Shown in pieces: positions 33,592-40,000 of a DNA stretch of 40,000 nucleotides. Position 1 is the stretch's first letter, and each line of letters opens with the position of its first letter. The translations under genes were made by a program, and so were the position numbers. The notes under the pieces are model-generated. The model ran no database searches. It was not told the DNA's origin and worked only from the letters and a program-made list of their open reading frames with translations. Origin of the DNA: Levilactobacillus angrenensis (GTDB lineage Bacteria > Bacillota > Bacilli > Lactobacillales > Lactobacillaceae); assembly GCF_003946085.1 (NCBI RefSeq), contig NZ_RHOB01000005.1:17716-57715 (forward strand), read 5' to 3'.

Positions 33592-33602
33592 TATTTTTCC
33601 TC

Positions 33603-34958
33603 CTAATTTTTAATCAACCCTAGTTGTTTCGCTTGAAACCACGCCCATCCTGGCTTATACCCCCGGGCTTTCGCAATTCCATACAGGTCTTCCATGCTCT
33701 GGGCCTCACTAGGCTTCATCCGACCGTAGCGGACCGTGTTGTACTCGGTTTTCATATCCAATCGGCCGTGAATCTGCTCCAGCTTGACTTCTTGGTCAAC
33801 CTCAATTTCAGACTCACTGCGTTGAATAGCTTTACCACATACCGGACAGACTGTGGATGAAGCTGGGATTACCGCGAAACAGAACTCGCAGGTTCTAATT
33901 GGCAGTGCATCGCTGGCTTTCTTCTTACGTTTCTTCCGGTCGTCCAAGGTCCAGGTATGCTCATCATCCGGCAACCCAAAACGCGTATAGTTCGCAACAT
34001 GATCAATGATGGTCGCCACTTTATTCGGTCGGTAGCGCATCGAACGCATCGACTGCTGGATATAGAGCACCAATGATTCAGTCGGTCGGAGCATGATGAC
34101 TACCGAACAATCTGGGACGTTGAAGCCTTCACTAATTAGGTCAACATTGCAAAGCACTTTCAATTCGCCTGACTTAAAGTCAGTCATGATTTTATTGCGC
34201 TTGGCTGCGGGCGTTTTTGCATCAGCGTGTTCGGCGTTGATACCAGCCGCCCTGAACGCTCCCGCCACTTCCTTGGAGAATTCCACTGAATGGGCGTAAA
34301 CGATTGCCTGCTGGCCCGCCGTCTTCTCCTGGTAGGTCTTAACGACATCCCCAAAGATGGTTCGCCCAACCGCATCATCCATTGACTTTGTGGTGTAGTC
34401 ACCGGTACTCGACTTTTTCAATTTCTCATCGTTGACCAACTTGACTGAAAAATATTTATACGGTGCCAAGTAGTGATTTTCAATTAACCAATCAATTGAG
34501 GGCCCCAGCACCAACTCATCGTACACATCATGCAACCCTTTGCCGTTTAATCGCCATGGAGTGGCCGTGAATCCCAACCGCGGCACTCCCGCGTAATAGT
34601 TATAGATGCTCTGATAAGTCTTGGCCAAACTGTGGTGAGTCTCATCAGTGATAATCAACGTCGGAATCGGTAAGATATCCAATCTGTGGGCAATCTTCCC
34701 CACTGTTTGAACCGTACATTTAGTCAAGTCAACATCATTCTCCCGGAAAGATTGTTTGATTTGACTGACCAACTCCTTACGGTGGACCATAAACATCACC
34801 TGACCGCCCTTAGCTACTGCGAGACGCGCGACCTCGGCAATCATGATCGATTTACCAGACCCGGCCGGAGATTGTAAGAGCACCGCTTTATTGCCCTTGG
34901 CTAGTGCCTGCCTTGCTTGGCTGACCAGCTTGGCTTGGTACGGATGGAGTTGGTACAT
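33603..34958 (-). CDS. DEAD/DEAH-box (SF2) helicase with a C-terminal zinc ribbon
   Basis: LHPYQ, Walker A SPAGSGKS, DETH box and a CEFC...CPVC ribbon. The start was moved to MYQLHPYQ (GGTGGTGA SD), leaving a 71-nt overlap with the upstream gene. Confidence 0.85.
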   Translation of the reverse strand: MYQLHPYQAKLVSQARQALAKGNKAVLLQSPAGSGKSIMIAEVARLAVAKGGQVMFMVHRKELVSQIKQSFRENDVDLTKCTVQTVGKIAHRLDILPIPTLIITDETHHSLAKTYQSIYNYYAGVPRLGFTATPWRLNGKGLHDVYDELVLGPSIDWLIENHYLAPYKYFSVKLVNDEKLKKSSTGDYTTKSMDDAVGRTIFGDVVKTYQEKTAGQQAIVYAHSVEFSKEVAGAFRAAGINAEHADAKTPAAKRNKIMTDFKSGELKVLCNVDLISEGFNVPDCSVVIMLRPTESLVLYIQQSMRSMRYRPNKVATIIDHVANYTRFGLPDDEHTWTLDDRKKRKKKASDALPIRTCEFCFAVIPASSTVCPVCGKAIQRSESEIEVDQEVKLEQIHGRLDMKTEYNTVRYGRMKPSEAQSMEDLYGIAKARGYKPGWAWFQAKQLGLIKN

Positions 34959-35661
34959 CCACATCACCACCAATCTCTGTAAAAAGCGTCTCCGGTACCG
35001 CAAACTTACGATTATCCAGCTGATTCTTAGCAAACACCGCGTTCGACGGATGGAGGATGAACCCCCGGGCACCTGTCTTATCCGAGATAACCATTCGACC
35101 GACCACATTCATCAGTCCCATGATGTTGGTTGTGATTTTCTCACGCATTTGTGGCACAAACTGGTTGTAAGTCTGACCGGACGGCGTATCAATCTGCCGG
35201 GTAGTCTCCCATGCTGTGTAAATCTTATTGACACCAGGCCATGAGTTGACGAAACGGATCATATCAGGCAAGTAGAAGCCAAACTGGTTATAGTCCCCCA
35301 TTTGAGGAATCCCCATATCAGCCCCGGACTTAGTCTTAGCCTCGTTAGCTTTCTCACCAAGCCAAGCTTGCTCAAACTCACTCAAATTGTCGAAGGCGAT
35401 GTTATCGTAGTTGCCAATCTGGGTCTTATAGATCTCTCCTAGTAGCGTGCGGGCCCCTTCTAGCGGGTGTTTCGTGTCTAGCTTGACCACATCGATATTG
35501 GGAACCCCAGCCAGAACGTTAGTCGTTCGGTCAACATCGATGACCAGAGTCCGACCAGGAAGATACCGCAGTGTGGTCGTCTTACCCACACCAGGCTGAG
35601 CGTAAATCAGCATCGAAAAGTCTTGCCCCCGCTTGATGTCAGTTGCGTGTTGAATTTCCAC
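34888..35661 (-). CDS. AAA/RecA-like ATPase (Sak4-like recombination protein)
   Basis: Walker A YAQPGVGKTTT and Walker B LVIDVD. It has the typical DUF1351 - ATPase - helicase - DUF669 synteny. Confidence 0.75.
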   Translation of the reverse strand: MEIQHATDIKRGQDFSMLIYAQPGVGKTTTLRYLPGRTLVIDVDRTTNVLAGVPNIDVVKLDTKHPLEGARTLLGEIYKTQIGNYDNIAFDNLSEFEQAWLGEKANEAKTKSGADMGIPQMGDYNQFGFYLPDMIRFVNSWPGVNKIYTAWETTRQIDTPSGQTYNQFVPQMREKITTNIMGLMNVVGRMVISDKTGARGFILHPSNAVFAKNQLDNRKFAVPETLFTEIGGDVDVPTPSVPSQAGQPSKAGTSQGQ

Positions 35662-35663
35662 GG

Positions 35664-36521
35664 CTATCCCTCCCGTTCATACTTGATGCCTTCAGAGTCC
35701 ATGTAGCTTTTCAACAACTTCATTTGTGGAATAGTAGCCGTAATCTTCAATACAACGGCACGTGAGACCACTTCGCCGGTATTGGTATCAACTACCGTAT
35801 CACCCTTAGTCTGCTGGTGTGTGCGTTCCTCGGCGGCCTTAGCTTCTAGTTGGCGTTGCTTCTCAGCCTGCCGTTCCACCTGGTTGTCAATGGCCTTCAT
35901 CAGGTAGTCCACATCTTGTCCATGCTTGACCTGGTCAGCCCAACCGGCGGGATCCACGCCCTGAACTGTGGCATACTTGGTAATCGTCTCGGTATCGGCG
36001 GCCAGCTGGTCAGCCGCTTTCTTGGTAGCCGTCATGGCACCAGCGATACCATCGACAATCTGTTTCTTAGTGGCCGATTTATTTAGCCAAGACGGTTCAA
36101 TTTCAATTGCGTCAGGTTCCACGCCGTAGCTGGGGGCCATCTCAGCAATCAGGCCTTCAACCCTTTCTTGCTTGGCAGCGCGTTCTTGAGCGATGACTTC
36201 CTTGATTTTTACGTCAAGCGGAGAAATAACTCCGTCAATCTGGTCCTTGAAGGCCCCCATTTGCTTGTCGAAAATCTTGACTGGTTCGGCATACTGCCGC
36301 TTGACGGCTAGGCGCTTCTCATCAATTGCCTTGGACACTTTGTTCAGACTTGCCCGCATGGATTTTGTATCTTTGATGTTATCCGCAGTCACCACGAAAT
36401 CTTGACCATACTTGGCGACAATTGCGGACACGGCTTGTTGGACCTGATCAAGGTTCTTGATGGTAATTGGCGATGGATGAACATCCACGGCCGGTTCAAC
36501 GATCATTAACTCATTAGCCAT
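35664..36521 (-). CDS. DUF1351-family phage protein
   Basis: The N-terminus (PSPITIKNLDQVQQAVSAIVAKY...) and the coiled-coil middle are typical of DUF1351. Synteny supports the call. Confidence 0.65.
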   Translation of the reverse strand: MANELMIVEPAVDVHPSPITIKNLDQVQQAVSAIVAKYGQDFVVTADNIKDTKSMRASLNKVSKAIDEKRLAVKRQYAEPVKIFDKQMGAFKDQIDGVISPLDVKIKEVIAQERAAKQERVEGLIAEMAPSYGVEPDAIEIEPSWLNKSATKKQIVDGIAGAMTATKKAADQLAADTETITKYATVQGVDPAGWADQVKHGQDVDYLMKAIDNQVERQAEKQRQLEAKAAEERTHQQTKGDTVVDTNTGEVVSRAVVLKITATIPQMKLLKSYMDSEGIKYEREG

Positions 36522-36642
36522 TCAGTTCCACCCCTTCCAACTTCAGGTAATACTCATACTGCTGGAACCGGTAGTAGGCCAAATTCTCGTAGCCTACTGG
36601 GGTTTGCAAAAACTTCTGGTGCCAGTATTCGCTCTTCTTCAT
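36514..36642 (-). CDS. Hypothetical 42-aa protein (below the ORF-track cutoff)
   Basis: My translation is MKKSEYWHQKFLQTPVGYENLAYYRFQQYEYYLKLEGVELNG. Its stop overlaps the DUF1351 start. Confidence 0.35.
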   Translation of the reverse strand: MKKSEYWHQKFLQTPVGYENLAYYRFQQYEYYLKLEGVELNG

Positions 36643-36863
36643 TGAAAAATGCCTCGCTTTCCGGTACGATAACCGTAGATAAATGTTTTTCTGGGGCTCG
36701 TTAGCGGTGCAACGCTAACGGGTCTCTTCTTTGGCTGTGGATTAAACGTTTGAAATGCTGTTTTCCATAAATTAAGCGTAGTGTTATTAGTTAATTTCAC
36801 TTACATGTCCCTCCAATGTCACCTAGATGGCACCCACGTGTCATTCCTTTTCTTTCTGGCAAT

Positions 36864-36872
36864 TGATATACT
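36864..36872 (+). promoter_or_regulatory. Extended -10 promoter element TGATATACT for the plus-strand acidic-protein gene
   Basis: TGnTATAcT lies ~24 nt upstream of the ATG at 36896, with AAAGGAGGTG in between. Confidence 0.45.
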
Positions 36873-36895
36873 CTTCCTAGAAAGGAGGTGATTAA

Positions 36896-37231
36896 ATGAG
36901 TAACAATGATTTTGACCTCAGCATCAATGGACTTGATGAGGTTCAAGGATTTCTAGATAAAGCTGAAAAAGGCGTTAAAGAGCTTGATGGCAAAAATGAA
37001 GTTGAACTCGGTGCCGTACTCACCGACAATTTCATTTCGACCCACACGAAGTTCAACGACTTCGACTCTTGGTGGAAATCCTCAGGTTTTGATGTTTCCG
37101 ATCCTCATGAAGTTCCTGATGCTGATTTAGCCTCATTTATCAAAGAAACTAGTGACTTCAATAGCTATGATGCTATGGTTGAAGATGCCCTCGGTGGTTA
37201 CCTTGCTAACAAACTAGGATTTGATAACTAG
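36896..37231 (+). CDS. Hypothetical strongly acidic protein (111 aa), opposite strand to the phage early genes
   Basis: AAAGGAGGTG SD. By hand count, 24 D/E versus 8 K and no R. No family recognised. Confidence 0.65.
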   Translation: MSNNDFDLSINGLDEVQGFLDKAEKGVKELDGKNEVELGAVLTDNFISTHTKFNDFDSWWKSSGFDVSDPHEVPDADLASFIKETSDFNSYDAMVEDALGGYLANKLGFDN

Positions 37232-37351
37232 CTTAAACTCCTTGATTTTGTTAATGGTTTCATCTAGCTGCTTTGTTTGCTCTTCGGCAAGCACGAGCAG
37301 CTTTTTTAATTCATCTAAATCTTTTATTGAAAATTTAATCTTGGGTTCCAT
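37214..37351 (-). CDS. Hypothetical 45-aa coiled-coil protein (below the ORF-track cutoff)
   Basis: My translation is MEPKIKFSIKDLDELKKLLVLAEEQTKQLDETINKIKEFKLVIKS. AAAGGTGG lies 8 nt upstream. Its 3' end overlaps the convergent acidic-protein gene by 18 nt. Confidence 0.4.
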   Translation of the reverse strand: MEPKIKFSIKDLDELKKLLVLAEEQTKQLDETINKIKEFKLVIKS

Positions 37352-37479
37352 TATTTTCGCCACCTTTCATAACCAATTCTCAATAAGCCGCCAAGCCCGA
37401 AAATTACTACAAAGATCGTTACTGCTGTCACTCTGTAACCTCCAATTACCCTATCCATCATTAGGCGCTGTCCACGACT

Positions 37480-37749
37480 TTAAAATTCAGTGATAGATAG
37501 AATTGCTCGTTTCAATTCACTTGGTTCATAAAATACCTTGTTAGATTCTTTGTAGCGACGTTCAATCAACTTTACTTGCGGCTTGTTCTTGATGTTCTTA
37601 TCGAAGAAAGCACGCGAGACGCAAAGTTCCTTAAAGGCCGTATCACGATCTAACATGATATATTCTCGAATAATTGTTTGTAGCCGTGGTCCTAGATACT
37701 TCTCAACTTCCGTGGCTACAGCATTATCAACAACTGCCTCCAACTCCAT
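37480..37749 (-). CDS. DUF771-like early protein
   Basis: 89 aa. AGAGGTGA lies 6 nt upstream. The layout resembles DUF771 proteins found next to cro in lactic-acid-bacteria phages. Confidence 0.5.
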   Translation of the reverse strand: MELEAVVDNAVATEVEKYLGPRLQTIIREYIMLDRDTAFKELCVSRAFFDKNIKNKPQVKLIERRYKESNKVFYEPSELKRAILSITEF

Positions 37750-37761
37750 ACCAGCTCACCT

Positions 37762-37842
37762 CTATTCGAACATGTCGTTGATTCCGTAATGGCCGACCAA
37801 CCAGCCAACGAGGAGAAACATTAGTAACTTAGCTGTGATCAT
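37762..37842 (-). CDS. Possible 26-aa hydrophobic micropeptide
   Basis: My translation is MITAKLLMFLLVGWLVGHYGINDMFE. TGATG overlap with the upstream stop. Confidence 0.25.
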   Translation of the reverse strand: MITAKLLMFLLVGWLVGHYGINDMFE

Positions 37843-38036
37843 CAGTCTTCCTCGCTTTCTTCAATCTCAACGTTCTTCAAACCGTAAGTGATGAATCGCT
37901 GAACGATTTTATTAACTGTCAGTCCCGTTTCGGCTTTCAGTGCTAAAAGCTGAGCGTGTAGGTCTGTGTCAATGTAGACCGGCCGAGTACTCTTGGCTTC
38001 TTTCTCTTTGTAGATTACTAAACGTGGTTTTGCCAT
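37842..38036 (-). CDS. Ribbon-helix-helix (CopG/Arc-like) DNA-binding protein
   Basis: STRPVYIDTDLHAQLLALKAETGLTVNKIVQRFI is an RHH pattern. Confidence 0.6.
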   Translation of the reverse strand: MAKPRLVIYKEKEAKSTRPVYIDTDLHAQLLALKAETGLTVNKIVQRFITYGLKNVEIEESEED

Positions 38037-38048
38037 GATTCTTTCCTC

Positions 38049-38258
38049 CTAATCTTGAATGTCCAAAACTCGATAGACTTTCTGTCGAATTTCAACCGAC
38101 TTGGGCGACATATCCGCATGAATCGCGCGGTTAAGTTGCACGGGTTTTTCGTTGATCAGACTAGCCAACTCCACCTGCGTCATGTCTTTTTCAAGTAGAC
38201 GCATCTTGATGCGGTTGGTGATGGCTTTAGCACCATCGACTAAACTTTGTTCGGTCAC
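38049..38258 (-). CDS. XRE/Cro-like HTH early regulator
   Basis: MTQVELASLINEKPVQLNRAI is an HTH. 69 aa. Confidence 0.7.
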   Translation of the reverse strand: MTEQSLVDGAKAITNRIKMRLLEKDMTQVELASLINEKPVQLNRAIHADMSPKSVEIRQKVYRVLDIQD

Positions 38259-38275
38259 TGTTATTCACTTCCTTT

Positions 38276-38284
38276 TGATATAAT
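38276..38284 (+). promoter_or_regulatory. Extended -10 promoter element TGATATAAT for the plus-strand DUF2513-like gene
   Basis: A perfect TGnTATAAT lies 26 nt upstream of the ATG at 38310, with AAGGTGGTGG in between. Confidence 0.5.
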
Positions 38285-38309
38285 TTAAAATTAAGGTGGT
38301 GGATAAATA

Positions 38310-38666
38310 ATGAAGATTAACTACAATGCGTTACGCTCAACTATGGTTACATTTCAATCAGAACCAATGAATCCCAATGTAGAAGATGTGATAGATAAAA
38401 CTATCGCTGAGGGATTCACTCGAGAAGATGTCACGTACGCTGTAAAGCAAGCCATTGATTCTGGACTACTTCAAGGAAATATAATGTCGACACTCTCCGG
38501 CTCTCTTTTCTTTACTGTTAGTGACATAACCCCTCAGGGACACCAGTTTATTGATGCCATAACTGAAGATACGCACTGGAATCGTGTTAAGAGTTTTTTA
38601 AAGGAAGAAGGACTCCCATTAACAGTCGGTACGATCAGTAAGGCCATTGCTAAAATCTTCTTTTAG
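38310..38666 (+). CDS. DUF2513-like (YjcQ-like winged-helix) protein
   Basis: ITPQGHQFIDAITEDTHWNRVK matches the DUF2513 pattern (T.eGH.FLd.ir....W...K). Confidence 0.6.
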   Translation: MKINYNALRSTMVTFQSEPMNPNVEDVIDKTIAEGFTREDVTYAVKQAIDSGLLQGNIMSTLSGSLFFTVSDITPQGHQFIDAITEDTHWNRVKSFLKEEGLPLTVGTISKAIAKIFF

Positions 38667-38813
38667 AAACTCATCAGCTAAATAGGTGATCTGGACCTCC
38701 ACTTTTTGATGGAGGTTTCTTTTTACTTGAACATCAACAACATTCTTCTGCGCAACACCATTGACGAAAATACCGTCCTTGTTCTCACGTATGGATAGCC
38801 GTTTCTTTGCCAT
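38619..38813 (-). CDS. Hypothetical first early-leftward gene (64 aa)
   Basis: AAAGGGGTGA lies 7 nt upstream of the ATG. It is divergent from the repressor gene. Its 3' half overlaps the convergent plus-strand gene and its terminator. Confidence 0.5.
   Translation of the reverse strand: MAKKRLSIRENKDGIFVNGVAQKNVVDVQVKRNLHQKVEVQITYLADEFLKEDFSNGLTDRTDC
38695..38724 (+). terminator. Rho-independent terminator of the DUF2513-like gene
   Basis: ACCTCCA (38695-38701) pairs with TGGAGGT (38710-38716) across an 8-nt loop, followed by TTCTTTTT. Confidence 0.7.
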
Positions 38814-38865
38814 ATTATTTTCACCCCTTTCGGTAATTTCTTTATCAAGTAGTTGCTTTATTTTC

Positions 38866-39039
38866 GACTATGGTCTAAAATAAGCGTATAAGACATAAGC
38901 AAATAAGCCCTTCCTATCAGTGTCTACTCGCCAAAGCCTTCACTGACAGGACTTGGTTTCTTATTGCTTAATTACTTGATGAATACATTATTGCACTAAA
39001 GTCTAAAAATGTAAAGCATGTTATTTCACTTTAGTCTAA
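38866..39039. promoter_or_regulatory. Genetic-switch intergenic region with three operator-like 13-mers
   Basis: CACTAAAGTCTAA at 38994-39006 and CACTTTAGTCTAA at 39027-39039 are 33 bp apart. GACTATGGTCTAA at 38866-38878 matches 11 of 13. There are also four ATAAG units at 7-8 bp spacing (~38876-38910). Confidence 0.5.
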
Positions 39040-39071
39040 TTTGTATTGTCAATATTAGGAGAAATGCTGAT

Positions 39072-39386
39072 ATGACACTACTTGAGCGAATAAAAAAATT
39101 AGCCAAAAGTCGTGGATATTCTTTATCTGCTTTAAATGATAAAGCAGGCCTTGGAAAGAACACAATTTATTCTTGGAAGCACAAAGATCCTAGTACAGAA
39201 AATCTACAGAAAGTTGCCAGTGTCTTAAGCGTTACGGTGGATTACCTACTTGGAGAAGAGGGTGAGGCTGAATCACCCAAGAAGTCAGTTGACTTAAACG
39301 ATGATGATGCTCTTTTAACTTTTGATGGGAAACCAATTCCTGAAGAAGATCGAGAACTTATCAAACGATTACTGCGAGGTAAATAA
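39072..39386 (+). CDS. XRE-family phage repressor (CI-like)
   Basis: MTLLERIKKLAKSRGYSLSALNDKAGLGKNTIYSWKH is an HTH. It is followed by an ImmA gene. The start was moved from 39018 to the SD-preceded ATG. Confidence 0.8.
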   Translation: MTLLERIKKLAKSRGYSLSALNDKAGLGKNTIYSWKHKDPSTENLQKVASVLSVTVDYLLGEEGEAESPKKSVDLNDDDALLTFDGKPIPEEDRELIKRLLRGK

Positions 39387-39388
39387 GT

Positions 39389-39802
39389 ATGGATGATATC
39401 ATGACAGAACTAATCAATTACGCAATGTGGGAAAAGCACATCTCCGTGAAACTGTCCTCTGAGTTGTCCCCGTACACACCTTCCGTGGCTGACTCTGAGA
39501 CAAGAAGTATTCTAATCAACACCAACTGGTATCTTCAACAGCAGTTGCCCTTGCACCTAGCACATGAAATAGCCCACATCATAAATGGTGATCATGCCAC
39601 CCATCCGTTGTACTTTAGTCCAATGCAATCTGATTACAAAATGGAATTGAACGCCAACCGAACTGCCATCAAACTTCTCATTCCATACTACTTACAGGAA
39701 CGGAGTTCAGAACAAGTCAATGTAACCGAATTCATGACTTGTTTTGTCATTCCCTCTCATTTGGAAAACATTGTGAGGGAGGAGCTACGCGAAGCCTTGT
39801 AA
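39389..39802 (+). CDS. ImmA/IrrE-family metallopeptidase
   Basis: HLAHEIAHIINGDH contains HExxH. It shows the usual pairing with an XRE repressor. Confidence 0.8.
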   Translation: MDDIMTELINYAMWEKHISVKLSSELSPYTPSVADSETRSILINTNWYLQQQLPLHLAHEIAHIINGDHATHPLYFSPMQSDYKMELNANRTAIKLLIPYYLQERSSEQVNVTEFMTCFVIPSHLENIVREELREAL

Positions 39803-39866
39803 TGAATTGACCAACAATGCCGACGTCATTAAAAGCTGCAAAACTACATACTGGAGGGTCTCCAAC

Positions 39867-40000
39867 ATGCAATTTGTATATCCACTCGCGCTTATCTCTG
39901 CCATGGTCTTCGGGGTATTATATTATTTAAGAGCTAGTGCTCGTCGCAAACAAAAGGCCTCAAAAATCTCTGGAAAGGTTCTGTTATATTCTCTTGGAGT
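39867..40000 (+). CDS. Hypothetical membrane protein (3' end outside window)
   Basis: GGAGGG lies 8 nt upstream. MQFVYPLALISAMVFGVLYYL is a TM segment. The frame is open to the window end. Confidence 0.5.
   Translation, partial: MQFVYPLALISAMVFGVLYYLRASARRKQKASKISGKVLLYSLG

Larger units (their letters stand above)
1257..40000 (-). mobile_element. Prophage, PBSX/Xkd-like contractile-tailed temperate phage (partial; integrase end beyond the window; left boundary uncertain between ~1161 and ~2327)
   Basis: Contiguous, syntenic lysogeny, replication, packaging, head, tail and lysis modules on one strand. It is adjacent to a housekeeping gene, and there are repeats at the junction. Confidence 0.9.

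Noticed and set aside
34959-35108. 50-aa N-terminal extension of the helicase ORF
   Set aside because: The extension lies entirely inside the Sak4-like gene in another frame. The conserved helicase sequence begins at MYQLHPYQ, which has its own SD.
37221-37493. 90-aa plus-strand ORF
   Set aside because: It is Ser/Phe/Leu-rich and low in complexity, and it has no SD. It is antisense to two minus-strand small ORFs that do have SDs and overlap-type coupling.
39018-39071. Upstream start for the repressor gene
   Set aside because: It has no SD, the extension is hydrophobic nonsense that crosses an operator-like site, and the ATG at 39072 gives a canonical HTH N-terminus.
1-40000. CRISPR arrays, rRNA/tRNA genes, transposases, and an integrase
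   Set aside because: I saw none in any frame. The integrase is expected to the right of the repressor/ImmA genes, beyond the window.

Overview
The window is a chromosome/prophage junction. The protein sequences, SD usage and base composition suggest a Lactobacillaceae-type Firmicute, but this is inference only. Bases 1-1160 are host: the 3' part of a GAF/free-Met-sulfoxide-reductase-like gene, then rpsD with its promoter and long leader. The remaining ~38.7 kb is one temperate, contractile-tailed (PBSX/Xkd-like) prophage, with almost every gene on the minus strand. Reading right to left:
- immunity switch (XRE repressor + ImmA on the plus strand, divergent early genes)
- replication module (DUF1351, Sak4-like ATPase, helicase, DUF669 SSB-like protein, prim-pol/primase, iteron origin, VRR-NUC)
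- small early ORFs, MazG and an ArpU-like late regulator
- TerS/TerL, portal, MuF, scaffold, capsid and neck
- sheath, tube, chaperone with -1 frameshift, tape measure, and XkdP-U-like baseplate
- a P2 gpH-like fibre, XkdX, and the holin/endolysin lysis genes.
The integrase end lies beyond base 40000.
The most unusual structure is at 4.6-6.9 kb. Four divergent paralogous ~140-175 aa genes follow the tail fibre gene. Their three junctions each carry a homologous, SD-preceded mini-ORF containing an uninterrupted G run of 9, 11 or 10 nt. I propose this is a candidate slippage-controlled receptor-binding diversification module; the function is hypothesis only.
Other accessory candidates are:
- an orphan RES-domain (NAD+-targeting toxin family) gene at the prophage end
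- a MuF head protein with an AT-rich C-terminal HExxH domain, followed by a 53-aa ORF and a terminator
- a start-codon-less HeH-like ORF reachable by -1 frameshift from the capsid gene
- three AT-rich moron-like genes (a membrane protein, a very acidic protein and a DUF2513-like protein).
I had no database search or folding tools. All family calls rest on motifs I recognise by eye.
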